Assembly: GCA_052327205.1 (NCBI GenBank)
Contig: CM126225.1
Coordinates: forward strand, 48,918,001 to 48,982,000
Length of the DNA stretch: 64,000 bases
DNA from: Somniosus microcephalus
Lineage: Eukaryota
Reading direction: 5' to 3'
Positions 12,543 to 24,120 of the stretch are shown one piece after another. Each line of letters starts with the position of its first letter. The first letter of the stretch is position 1. Below the pieces are notes generated by a model. That model did no database searches, was not told where the DNA came from, and saw only the letters and a program-made list of their open reading frames with translations. The position numbers were made by a program, and so were the translations under genes.

Positions 12543-13088
12543 ATAGAAACATAGAAGATATAGGAGCAGGAGTAGGCCATTTGGCCCGTCGAGCCTGCTC
12601 CGCCATTCAATGCGATCATGGCTGATCATCCAAATTCAGTACCCGGTCTCTGCTTCCTCCCCATACCCCTTGATCCCTTTAGCCTTAAGAAATATATCCA
12701 ACTCCTTGAATATATTTAATGAATTGGGGTCTACTGCCTTCTGTGGTAGAGAATTCCACAGGTTCACCACTCTCTGGGTGAAGAAATTCCTCCTCATTTC
12801 TGTCCTCAATGGCTTACCCCTTATCCTTTAGACTGTGACCCCTGGTTCTGGACCCCCCCGACCATCGGGAACATCCTTCCTGCATCTAGTCTGTCCAGTC
12901 CTGTCAGAATTTTATAAGTTTCAATGAGATCCCCTCTCATTCTTCTAAACTCCAGCGAGTATAAGCCCAATCTCTCCTCACACGTCATTCCTGCCATCCC
13001 AGGTATCAGCCTGGTGAATCTGCGCTGCACTCCTTCCATGGCAAGAACATCCTTCCTCAGATAAGGCGACCAAAACTGCACACAATAT
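12543..13088 (-). mobile_element. CR1 LINE 3' fragment
   Basis: ORF 12821-13096 (YCVQFWSPYLRKDVLAMEGVQRRFTRLIPG...LYSLEFRRMRGDLIETYKIL) is the CR1 ORF2 C-terminus; tail repeat at the left end. Confidence 0.93.
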
Positions 13089-13169
13089 TGAATCAAGTTG
13101 GAGGTGCTGGAGACAATTCAATGTCTGAATGAAATAACCTGACCTGAATGTCCAGTTTATTTTATTTAT

Positions 13170-13430
13170 TTATTTATTGGGGCACGGATGTCGCTAGCAA
13201 GGCCAGCATTTATTGCCCATTCCTAGTTGCCCTTGAGAAGGTGGTGGTTGAACCATTAGTCAGTGTGGTGAAGCTACTCCCACAGTGTTGTTAGGTAGGA
13301 AGTTCCAGAATTTTGACCCAGCGATAACAAAGGAACAGCGATATATGGCCAACTCGGGACAGTGTGTGACTTGAAGAGGAATTTGGAGGTGCTGGCGTTC
13401 CCATGCACCTGCTGCTGTTGTCCTTCTAGG
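13170..13430 (-). mobile_element. 3' end of a second CR1/L2-group LINE family
   Basis: Encodes SFVIAGSKFWNFLPNNTVG on the minus strand; same family at 32010-32320 (-) and 41630-41815 (+). Confidence 0.75.
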
Positions 13431-13595
13431 TGCTATTATTACAAGAGTAGGGTCATGTAGTGTGATCATCTACAACACTGACGTTTCAAATCCATGGAGC
13501 CAGCGCACGAGCCAACACTATCGAAATCCTGTAGGTGGAGTTCTTGTGTTGTTTAAATACAAGATGTGCCTGTCAGACAGTAATCTGACTCGACC

Positions 13596-14545
13596 CTCAG
13601 CAGGTCAGGCCGCAGCTGACGAAGGGTCTTCGACCTGAAACATTGGGCTGGATTTTCCTAAGCCCCTGGAGTCGGGTTGGAGGCGTGCGGGCGATAAAAA
13701 TCGGAGCTCCGGGGGTCCCGACCCCAACCCGCCTCCATGTCAATTTCATAGGAGTCGGGTTGCCGACAAGTGCTGGAACCCGACTCCCAGAGGCGGGAAG
13801 GGATTAAAGGCAATTAAACTGCCTGTTAACAGGTAGTTTTTTTGCCTATTCGCGATTTTTATTGCTGGTTTGTGGGCTTCCCGACAGCTCCAAACCACGA
13901 AAAGTTTTCAAGGCGGGATGTGGGTCTGAGGTCTTGGAGGGGTCGAGATGCCCAGTGCTCAGGTGAGCGAGGGGTACAGGAGTGCAAAGGTAAGTGTTTT
14001 GCAAGTGTTTAAATAAGTTTAACTTACTTTTACTTACCTTTACAGGAGTCCTGCATTCCGGTGTCGGGAGTCGGCTGCAAGAACCACAGAAGCTCCGATT
14101 TAAAAAAAAAAAAAAATCATCTTCTTGGTTTCTGCAGCAAAATGATTTTAAAGTTATCCTGAGAAAGGACTGAGGCTGAATTAGCAGTTTTTCAGTGCTT
14201 GACAGCTTCAAACAGCTGTTAAACACTGATATTTCATCTGCCAAAAGCTTTTGACAGATGAAATGTCAATCTCTGACGTCGCCTGTTGCCGGGTGGCCCT
14301 TAATTGGCCTGCTGAGCCCACAGGGCGGGCTCAACAAGGTCAATCAGAGGAAAATCCAGTGGGTTGGCCACATCTCCATGGAGGCGGGACAACAAGCCCG
14401 AATGTGGGTTTCCCACCTCCAACCCGCCCCCGTAGCAAAATCCAGCCCAATGACTCTGTTTCTCTCTCCACGGATGCTGCCTGACCTGAGTGTTTCCAGC
14501 ATTTTCTGTTGTTGTTTCAGATTTCCAGCATCTGCAGTATTTTGC
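13596..14545 (+). mobile_element. Penelope-like element terminal repeat (13596-13644 and 14449-14545), split by a MITE
   Basis: ctgacgaagggtcttcgacctgaaacatt | gactctgtttctctctccacggatgctgcc...ccagcatctgcagtatttt is the reverse complement of the copies at 47512 and 59500. Confidence 0.8.
13645..14448. mobile_element. PIF/Harbinger-like non-autonomous DNA transposon, 804 bp
   Basis: TIR gggctggatttt / aaaatccagccc; 3-bp flanks att/aat; subterminal inverted repeats. Confidence 0.8.
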
Positions 14546-15065
14546 TATTGTATTGTAGTAATCTGACTCGATTGGCTGGTTTCTGAAAATCGTATTTTTA
14601 GTGAGAGTGAGCCATCTTTTTCTGTTAATTTCTTGGGTCTCGTTGTGTCCCACACCATCCCCAGCCGTGACATCAGGCCGGCTGCTTGGTTTCCAGCTCT
14701 CTGCAATACCACTTTGTAACAATGTGTGCACGTGAGAGCCATCCAAGGTGACTGATCTTTTAGCTCTACCCCGGGGAATTACCTGGCCTTCACTGAGCGC
14801 CTTCGTGGCTACATTGGTTGGGATAGGGAATTGAATGATGAACGATCGTGGCCAGCAGCACACCACTAGCCCCTCCCTGCCGCTGGATATAGGGGCCGGT
14901 GCTGTGTGTTGGAGCACTGATGTAATTTAGACTTGTTTTGAAAGAGTTGTGTGAAGTGCGCAGTACAGGCGATGTTTATTCCACTGACCCATCTGGTTGT
15001 ACAAAGGTCTGAGATGTAGGATTTTGACTCTGGTGTTGAAATGTCCTAAAATACTCTTGTTTCAG

Positions 15066-15147
15066 ATTTAAAGACCATCCGATGTTAAATGACAGGTATT
15101 TGCTACTGCATCTGTTGGGAAGAGGAGGTTTCAGTGAAGTGTACAAG
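15066..15147 (+). CDS. TLK2: TLK2 kinase exon, Gly-rich loop ([27 protein letters not shown])
   Basis: tttcag|A...AAG|gtatgt; 82 nt, phase 2-0; GRGGFSEV subdomain I. Confidence 0.97.
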
Positions 15148-16796
15148 GTATGTTCTTCCAATAAACAGCAGAAAAGTATGAGGAAAATATGCAATCTCAT
15201 CTGAAGTTTTTCTGAACCTTATGAATCTTGCACTTATCAAAGTGTGGGATGGTGGTAGAGAATGAAACACTTTCCATTTCAGACAGTACACAACATGTGC
15301 TGTGTCCTTTTGAGTATCCCAAAATAGAGGCAGTTTTCTGGTGTAGGCTCATCTCCACCACAGACTGGTTTGAGACTAGCCAAACTCATTTCACACAAGA
15401 GCCTGATAGCCAGCAGAGAGGAAACTTCCATCCCTTCATTCGGAGCCACATTTGAACCCTGCTCTCATCGGCATCCTTCCTGATTGAACCATTTTGCCAC
15501 AATTAAGTGTGGACAAAGCATGCCCTGCACGGCGGTGTGCTGTTAATTTTTTACAGTTTCATCGTTACATGGCATGCTGAGTGGTTTATTACACGAATAG
15601 GGGCACGATCTGCAATGGGAACAGGCTTGAGGGGCTGAATGGCCTACTCCTGTTCCTATAACAGTGATTTAGCTTCAAATCCAAGGAGCTGAGACTACAG
15701 AAATCGATGGAATTTGTTTTCCAAATTTGAGTGTGCAGTCTGCCACTTTATCTTGGTCAATGTGACAAGAAATGCTAACACGTAGATTTATGCCAACAGC
15801 TCCCCATTAGATAAGAGGGGTTATTGAACGGGTGTTTTTCTGCACCTCCCGGGGGGCCAATTGAGAGCAAAAGTGACCCACCTGTGGGCCAGTCTGCTGA
15901 GGGATGGATCAGGGCACCTGGAAAATGAACTGCTGTGTTGTCACAAAAAGACTGAATGCAAGCAATACTTTTCAAATGTGCATTGCTATGCGCAGGATTT
16001 TTAATTTTGGGCTTTATTTTTATTGGTGAACATTAAAAGAAGTTAATGTTTGCCATAATATCACTGTCATTTTCCTTTAAGGATCTGTTTCAAAAAAATT
16101 TGAGGAAAGTAGCAGCAAGTAATAGGAGTTAGGAATCAATTTAACACTTTGTTCATAGAAAGGCATCGCACTCCGTGTAGCAAAGTTGGTGCATATCCGA
16201 GCACCCACTAGATTGCCACATACCCCCACTCAAAGCTCCCACAAGCACATCCACATACAGCATGACCACACTCGCATGTCATATACTTGGGGTTGTGCTG
16301 TGGACTGGGCTTTCTCCAAGGGGCCCTTGCAGTGATTTGTAAGATACTTAACAGATAGAGAAGTTAAAGACACTTCCAGATGCATCAGGACAATGGGGAG
16401 GGGGCACAGGTCAGGGTTGTGTAGAGATAGACGCCAGGATGTATATCTTTACACCGGGTTCTCCACAGCTGGAACGGGTTGCCAGGAAGGACGGTTGAAA
16501 CCAAGACACTAAGCTTATTTAAAAAAACTATTGAATGCTGTAAAGAGAATTTGGTAGGGTTGGTATTCTGGGAGGATGAAATGGTTCAACTGAATCAAAG
16601 TTCTGCCTTATGTTCACCAAGAAGTTAGTCCCAGCGAGTAGTCATTGCACAAGAACATGCATTGGTTAGAGTCAAAATGTTAAATTGGCTCTTCTATAGT
16701 GTACAGATTGCTGTTGTTTACTGGTGGTGTCATTTGTTCAGAGGGTTTGTCCAGTTTAAAAATGAAATGTCTCCATGTTTTGAATCTTTTTAATAG

Positions 16797-16889
<93 letters not shown>

Positions 16890-17129
16890 TAAGTACAAAG
16901 AGTACTGCCCAAGTGTGCATCAGAATTCTCATAGTCTCCGTACTTACTGGAACAAACACTTACAGCAGTGTTTTTCACTAACACTTTGCCAAGGGCCACA
17001 ATCTTGGAGCTTGCTTGATGGCCTTGCTTGGTGATGCTCCCAATGTGGAGTGATGGGATCTGGGTCTGTCCCCAGTTTCCTCCACGAGGAGCCCTTGATT
17101 TTGAATCTGCCGTGCTGGCAGTTCCCCAT

Positions 17130-17581
17130 AAAAAGAAATAACTTGCATTGATAAAGCGCCTTTCACAACCCGGGGATGTCTCCAAGCCCTTTACAGCCAA
17201 TCAAGTACTTTTTTTGAAGTGTAGTCATTGTTGTAATGTAGGAAACCTGGCAGCCAGTTTGCGCACCGTGCGGTCCCTCAAAGAGCAGTGTGATAATGAC
17301 TAGATCATCTGTTTTGGTGATGTTGGGTGAGGGATATTGGTCAGGACACTGGGGTGAACTCCCCTGCTCTTTTTCGAAATGGTGCCATGGGATCTTTTAC
17401 ATCCACCTGAGAGAGCAGACGTGACCTCGGTTTAGTGTCTCATCCGAAAGACTCATCTGACAGTGCAGCGCCCCCTCAGTAATGCACTGGAGTATCATCC
17501 TAGATTATGTGTTCAAGTTTGTGGAGTGGGACTTGAACCCACAACTTTTGACTCCGATGCGCGAGTGCTCTCACTGAGCAA
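17130..17581 (-). mobile_element. SacSINE1/Deu-SINE-type SINE, near full length
   Basis: tRNA-like head (gggacttgaacccac on +) and body collinear with 56183-56647. Confidence 0.9.
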
Positions 17582-19025
17582 CGGAAGAAGTGGGTGACGT
17601 AAGAAAACTACTAGGCACTTGGTCTAAGCGTTAAACAAAGCTTTAACCTACTGTTTTACAACATGGAGGTCTAGTTGTGTCCTTCACTAGTTCCTGTTAA
17701 GAATGTCCTGCGCAAGCTGGGCCCGTGCCCGAGTATTTATACTCTCCCTGGACAGCGCCACCCGTAGGCCGCTCAGTATTATTTCATAAGTCTTTCTTTC
17801 ATGAATGACTGATTCATGTCAGTGGGTAAACAATTACAGGGCACATTGTCCCATTCAAAATGAAAGATCCTACAGTTTTGATGGGAGTTCTTTCACTTGC
17901 TGTGTAACTAATGCCAGTAAGGCTCTCTACAGAGTCAACTCTATTTTGGCTCCAGATGCCAGTAAAAGCTATCATTGGTTTAAAAAGCATTGGAGTTCAT
18001 TACATGACAGCCCTTCAGTAAAGAAAAACAGTTACTTGGATTATACAGTGCCTTATTGCTGCCTCAGGCTGTTCCAAGGTGCTTTACAACCAGTTACAAT
18101 ACTGAGTCACCTACAACTAAAAAGGCTGGCATTGGCGCTGACTCCATGGAATTGCTCGGTGATGTGACTCACTTTCCTCTCTTCCCGCTTACATGCTTGT
18201 TTGTTTTTTGCACCTGTCCAAGTGTGGCCCTTATACACACGATCAGTATGCTGACTGGAAATAATTTGGCCGATCAAAATTCTATATGCATTAGTATATA
18301 TACTTGGGCGAGACAGAAGCTGAATTGCTAATCAACTGGTGGCTTGTAAGAGTACGCGAGCATATGGAATACATCGTAAGAAATTCAATCATAGTCTTGG
18401 CCTGCGTCTGTTTAAATTGTGATTTATATTGCAGCCTTTTATTTTTCTGCTCTGTAGCTGTATTCCCCTGGGTTCAGGCTATTAAATTCAAAGCCATTTT
18501 GTTTTATGAGCTGGCAACTTCTAAAGGATGGAATCATTCTTCAAGTGTACTTTCTTAGTTGTTGCTTAAGCAATATATTCTGCACTGTGGGTTTTCGAAA
18601 GTATTTTAATTTTTATTTATGTAGGCTTGCTGTCCCTTTGTTGGTTTTACAATTATTTACAACTACAAAATACTCTGATGGCTGAGAGCTAAAGTAGGAG
18701 GCACTTTAAGCATTGTAAGAATGTACTGGAGCTCTGCCTGGAAAAAGAACTTCATATGTATTTCCTTTGCAAATTAAATTTGCACAAATTTCTATCATTA
18801 ACGTTCTTTAAGAAAAGTGGCAGTGAATCCTGATGTGTGGAAAGTCGGGCTTTATAAACCAGACTTGCTTATAGCGAGTGATTATACCAGTATTTACTGT
18901 ATGAGGGGCAGACTGGGGCTAGGTAGAATTTGTATCTATCGGGAAATGAAAACAAAACTGAAAAGACACAGCCGGCCAATCAGCATGTGAAAGAGAAATG
19001 ATGGATTAATGTCTTGGGTGCGACC

Positions 19026-19178
19026 CAATGTTCCCGTTAAGCTGCGTGGCTGCGTAGCGGTCTGGAGGTTCCCGCGCAGGCCTTTGAATGGAAAAACCGC
19101 GCGTGCGTGGAAATTGGAATGGGTCGTGCAGCCTGTTAAAGGGGCCACGCAGCCAAAAAAAAATTAGAGGGAACATTG
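19026..19178 (+). mobile_element. hAT-type MITE, copy 4
   Basis: TIR caatgttcccgttaa / ttagagggaacattg; 8-bp TSD gtgcgacc/gtgggacc. Confidence 0.88.
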
Positions 19179-19191
19179 GTGGGACCCTTAA

Positions 19192-19300
19192 ACTGTTCTG
19201 ACAAAGGAGCCTCACCCTGAACTATTAGCCTGTCCTTTTCTCTTTCAGATACTGACTGACCTGCTGTGCAGTTACATAAATTAGTAATTTTTCAGATTTG
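19192..19300 (+). mobile_element. Degenerate Penelope-like terminal repeat
   Basis: gttctgacaaaggagcctcaccctgaactattagcctg...ctttcagatactgactgacctgctg...ttttcagattt; diverged relative of the 13596 and 47512 copies. Confidence 0.55.
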
Positions 19301-19915
19301 ATTTTTTTTTTACTCTTGCTAGCTATCATTTGCTAATACCAAATTGCATTAATGTAGAGTGAACAAGAACCATTGCCATATTTCTCAAACTCAGTTTATC
19401 CAGTCTGTTCAGTGTGTGTGGTTGGCCTTCTAGATTAAAATAATTGACCTTATTCTAATGATAACTATATGCAGTATTAACTGAAACTACATTACGTACT
19501 GTCCCTGACTCTAATTGAGAAATGGCCATTCAGAGTGCCAAGTCTAGGTGTACAGCCATGACTATGTGAAGGTGCTATGTGCCTTGGCAGTCTCAGCCTT
19601 GTGGATGATGATCCTTGTGCTGTTACTAGTGGATGTTTTATTAATGATTTCATGTCCAAGCAAGCTGTGAGTGAGTGAAAGTTCCTAATGAAAATGTTTT
19701 ATTGCATCACAGCCCTATTGATTAGAGAATAATCCAATTACTTGGGTTAAGTTTCTGGGTTAAAACAAAATGCACCATCTATTTCCCAAAGGATGTTAAC
19801 TGCTTCATTTTCCCTTAGTGAAGCAAAAAAGTGACTTGAGGATGGTAAAGTTTCTGAGAGGTACACCCCTGTTCTTCAGTTCCTTGTCATAGTTGGAGGG
19901 ATGTGTACTTCTGGC

Positions 19916-20066
19916 CAACGTGCCCCCTAAGGTGAGTGGCCACACGCCAATCGCAGGACCCGCGCAGGCCGCTCACCAGTTCCTGCCGCTGGAAGAGATA
20001 CCGAGCATGCGGGCAGCACATTTAATGGGACTGCGCATGGGGAAAAAAAAATTAGAGGGAACATTG
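19916..20066 (+). mobile_element. hAT-type MITE, copy 5
   Basis: caacgtgccccctaa / ttagagggaacattg; 8-bp TSD cttctggc/cttcaggc. Confidence 0.85.
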
Positions 20067-20084
20067 CTTCAGGCTAGTCTAATT

Positions 20085-20315
20085 TTTTTTAGGCAGAGGA
20101 TTGGTAGAGCATGGAATGCCCTACCAGGGACGGGTGGAAGCAGAATCTATGCTGGCTTTTAAAAGGGAGGTGGATAAATATTCAAAAAAGGAAACATTCA
20201 AAGGGTATGGGGAAAGAGCAAGGCAGTGGGACTAAGTAGCTAGCTCTTCTAAAGAGATGGCCCAGGTGCGATGGGCTGAATGGTCTCCTATACTGTAAAA
20301 TTCCAAGATTCTATA
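20085..20315 (+). mobile_element. Old CR1 3' fragment
   Basis: QRIGRAWNALP-coding remnant followed by a gatgggctgaatggtctcc tail. Confidence 0.7.
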
Positions 20316-21023
20316 ACCATTTGTGTTGTGACCCCACACATTCTTGAGTTTCCATCCTGGCGCGGGACAGGTCATTCCAGCACACCCACCTGTAACCACG
20401 TTAGAAGTTTTACGTAACAGTGATTGTTTTCTGTGGCTATTATTATAATAGACCCCCCACCTGTTATATTACACAAGGGGTCTTGATTCACGACAGTGCC
20501 TTTATCCTATGAATGTTAATAGGATCGTCATACCCATAAAAATTCCTAATGGTCATCCCCTGAAAGCTGAGGTATTCTCAATTTCCTGGACGGTGCACAT
20601 TATTGGTAGCAATTTCCTCCCCTCGCACCTATCCCATTTCCTTCAGAGAAAGTCTGGCCTCTTTGAGAGCTGTCCTGACTGCAGGCTGTTTGAGCAGTAA
20701 TCTATGTGTGTGCACATATTTGCATGGAAGTCTCTAACTGTGTTTTCTGGCATTGATGTGGGGCATCTTGCACAATCCTCCTCCTCAAACCAGGTCAGAA
20801 AGGTGCACCGTGTGCATTCATTGCCTCTCTATATTGCGCGAGACCTCAATCCCACAGCTGCTTTCAATCTAGAGTGCTTATAGAAGCCAACTCTTGTCCA
20901 TGTAATTTATCTTCCGATGAGTGTCTCTGTTGTGAACGTGATGCACTTTCCATTGCTTGAGTGAGTTTTGTCTTTATACATTTACATGTGCTGACTTTTC
21001 TGACCGATTTCCTAAGGCATCAT

Positions 21024-21189
21024 AGGGGAGATTTTCCTGGGTCTACACCCAGGTCCATTGGATCGCCCGGGTGGAGCAAATATCGGAAAATCTGGCGTGT
21101 TGGAGGGCACATCTGTGAAGAAACCCGCCCGATTTTTCTGGTATTTACACAGTTGGCCTGGGCACAGACTCTGGGGAGAAATCTCCCCT
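21024..21189. mobile_element. Palindromic MITE (Harbinger-like termini)
   Basis: 11-bp TIR aggggagattt / aaatctcccct; internal inverted ggaaaatc..gatttttc. Confidence 0.7.
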
Positions 21190-21574
21190 CTGGAGTGTAA
21201 ATTATGAACTGTTTGGGTTCAGATAAAGTTATGCAGGACTTCACACTTGAGATGTCCTTGCAGTCAGTTTTGTGTTGCTCAGATACTTTTCATCGGTTCA
21301 CCATCTGTCTAGTAGTGTTTTCAACAGAAGGGTGGTAACCAAAAAAAAAAATGAAAAGTAGGAAATGTTGCACGCTTCAATCTTCCTTTTCAGAAGATGC
21401 CAGATCCGTAGACCAGGAATTTCCTCTGAGCCATTCCTGCTCCGACTCCAGAATTGTGGAAGAGCCCCTATTTACGCGCATGCACAGGGTTTCCGGAGCA
21501 GTCACGGTCGCTCGGCGGAAGCATGCGGCCTTAACCTTGGCCAACACTTTAGTGCGATGTTCAGAAGCTGCTGC

Positions 21575-21890
21575 TTTGACAGAGGTGCTGTTTTCTCAAA
21601 TGAGACATTAAACCAAGCCCCACCCTTCTGCTCAGGTGCACAAAGGAAATAATTCACAATGCTGTTTATAACAATATAAAAAGCGGGGCGTCCTGGTCAA
21701 CATTGCTCCCTCAAACCACACCCCAAATTACCTGGTCATTCGTTCACTTACTGTTTGTCATTCGTTCACTTGCTGCCTGCTGCATTTACCCATGTGACCA
21801 CACTTCCAAAAGTAATTTATTGGTTGTAAGGCCCCTTGGGATGTTCTAAGGACGCACTATAGAGCTATTATCAATGCAAGTTCTTTCTTT
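21575..21890 (+). mobile_element. Degenerate SacSINE1-type SINE
   Basis: agaggtgctgttttctcaaatgagacattaaacc...aatgcaagttctttcttt. Confidence 0.7.
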
Positions 21891-21968
21891 ACCTTGCGAC
21901 TTGCTATATGTAAAATTGAATAAGGAAATTAAAATGCTATTGTATAAACGGGTTTTAGCACAAAATAC

Positions 21969-24120
21969 CAAATCAAATCAAATCAAATCAACTTTTATTG
22001 TCATTGTTAGTGCACAAGTGCAAATTAGGTTGATTGGCTATGATAAATTGACCCTTAGTGTTAGGGGGATTAAATACGTGGGGTTACGGGGATAGGGTGG
22101 GATATGTGTTGGTGTTGGGGTTACGGGGATCGGGTGGGATATGTGTCGGTGCAGGCTCGATGGGCCGAAATGGCCTCTATCTGCACTGTGGGGTTTCTGT
22201 GATTCTGTGAAGTGCAGTACAACGAAATGTAGGCTTGCGGCTCCCGAGAGAGTACATTTGGATTAAGACATTTAAACATTCAACATACATTTGGCTTGTA
22301 GTATATTAACATAAATATAACCATAATAAAGTGCATTGGCAGATGTGCAGGCTTTAGCGTTTTTGTGGAGTTCAGTAGGATGACAGCCCTGGGAAAGAAG
22401 CTGTTCCTAAATCTGGTCGTACGGGTGCGAATGCATCTGTAGCGTCTCCCAGATGGCAGGAGGGCGAACAGACTGTGGCTGGGGTGGGTAGGGTCTTTGA
22501 TGATGGACCGTGACCTCCGTAGACAGCGTTTTTGGTATATGCGCTCTATGGTCGGTAGCCGGGTGCCGGTAATGCGTTGGGCAGTTTTGACTACCCGCTG
22601 CAGGGCTTTCCGGTCATAGTAGCTACAGCTGCCATACCATACTGTCATACAGTTTGTCAGGATGCTCTCTATTGTGCAGCGGTAAAAGTTAGAGAGGATC
22701 AGGGGTGACAGGTTACATCCCTTCAGCCTCCTTAGGAAATATAGGCGCTGCTGGGCCTTCTTCACCAGAGAGGAGGTGTTGAGGGACCAGGAGAGGTCTT
22801 CCGTGATGTGGACTCCGAGGAACTTAAAGCTGTCCACCCTTTCCACCACAGCCCCATTGATGTGGATGGGGGTGTGACTTCCGCCTTTGGACTTCCTGAA
22901 GTCCACAATGATTTCTTTTGTTTTCTTGGTGTTAAGGGCCAGGTTGTTATCGGCGCACCACTTCACGAGATGCTGGACCTCCTCCCTGTAGGCTAACTCA
23001 TCGTTGTTGGTGATCTGGCCTACTACCGTGGTGTCATCCACAAACTTGATGATGGTGTTGGAACCATTAACAGCCACACAGTCGTGGGTGAAGAGGGAGT
23101 AGAGGAGGGGGCTCAGCACACATCCTTGTGGGGCCCCCGTGTTCAGGGTCGGGGGGGGGGGGGGGGGGGGGGAGGTGGAGGTGTGGTTACCTAATTTGAC
23201 AGACTGGGGTCTGTTTGTTAGGAAGTCCAGGGTCCAGTTGCAGAGGGAAGTGTTCAGGCCAAGAGTTTGGTGGCCAGCTTGTTGGGGACGATAGTGTTGA
23301 ATGCTGAGCTGTGGTCTATGAACAGCATTCTGATGTAGGTCTCCTTACCATCTAGGTGATTCAGTGCCGAGTGTAGAGCAGTTGTGATTGCATCCTCCGT
23401 TGATCTGTTTGCATGATAGGCAAACTGGTGTTGGTCAAGGGAGGCAGGAACACTGGCTTTGATGTGGGCTAAGACCAGTCTCTCTCAACACTTCATTATG
23501 ATGGGTGTGAGTGCGACAGGTCGATAGTCATTCAGGCACGTCACAGCCGTTTTGGCACAGGAATAATGGTAGCGGTCTTGAAGCATGTAGGGACTACTGC
23601 CTGGGCCAATGACTGATTGAAGATGGCGGTGAAGACATCAGCCAGCTGATCAGCACATTCCTTGAGTACCCGTCCAGGGATGCTATCCGGTCCAGCAGCC
23701 TTTCGTGTGTTCACTCCGTGTAGAAACACCCCTTATGTCGGAGGTCGACAGAGTGAGCACCTGGTCTTCCGGGGGTGGCAAGGCTTTGGTAGCCGGCTCC
23801 CTGTTGTCCCTGTCGAAGCGGGCGTAGAAGTTGTTAAGCTCCTCCGGAAGGGAGGCATCGCTAACCGGGGGACTGGTGTTTTTGCCCTTGCAGTCAGTGA
23901 TGGACTGGATGCCTTGCCACATGCGCCGGGGGTCCGAGTTGTTGCGGAAGTGATCCTCTATCCGCAGTGTCTGTTTCCTTTTGGCAGTCCTGATACCCTT
24001 TTTTAGGTTGGTCCTAGCTGCACTGTAAGCCGCCGCGTCGCCAGATTTAAATGCTGCATCGCGTGCTTTCAACAGTGAGCGGACCTCTCCGTTCATCCAG
24101 GGTTTCTGGTTGGGGTATGA
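21969..24120 (-). mobile_element. Rex1/Babar-type non-LTR retrotransposon, 5'-truncated, RT pseudogene
   Basis: ORFs 22280-23119, 23541-23729 and 23683-24096 give [56 protein letters not shown] and [14 protein letters not shown]; frameshifts present; (TTTGA)n tail at 21969-21990. Confidence 0.92.
22023..22209 (+). mobile_element. 5'-truncated HE1/V-SINE inserted in the Rex1 3'UTR
   Basis: Nearly identical to 39889-40071; TSD aagtgca at 22016-22022 and 22210-22216; the empty site is visible in the Rex1 copy at 55846. Confidence 0.92.
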
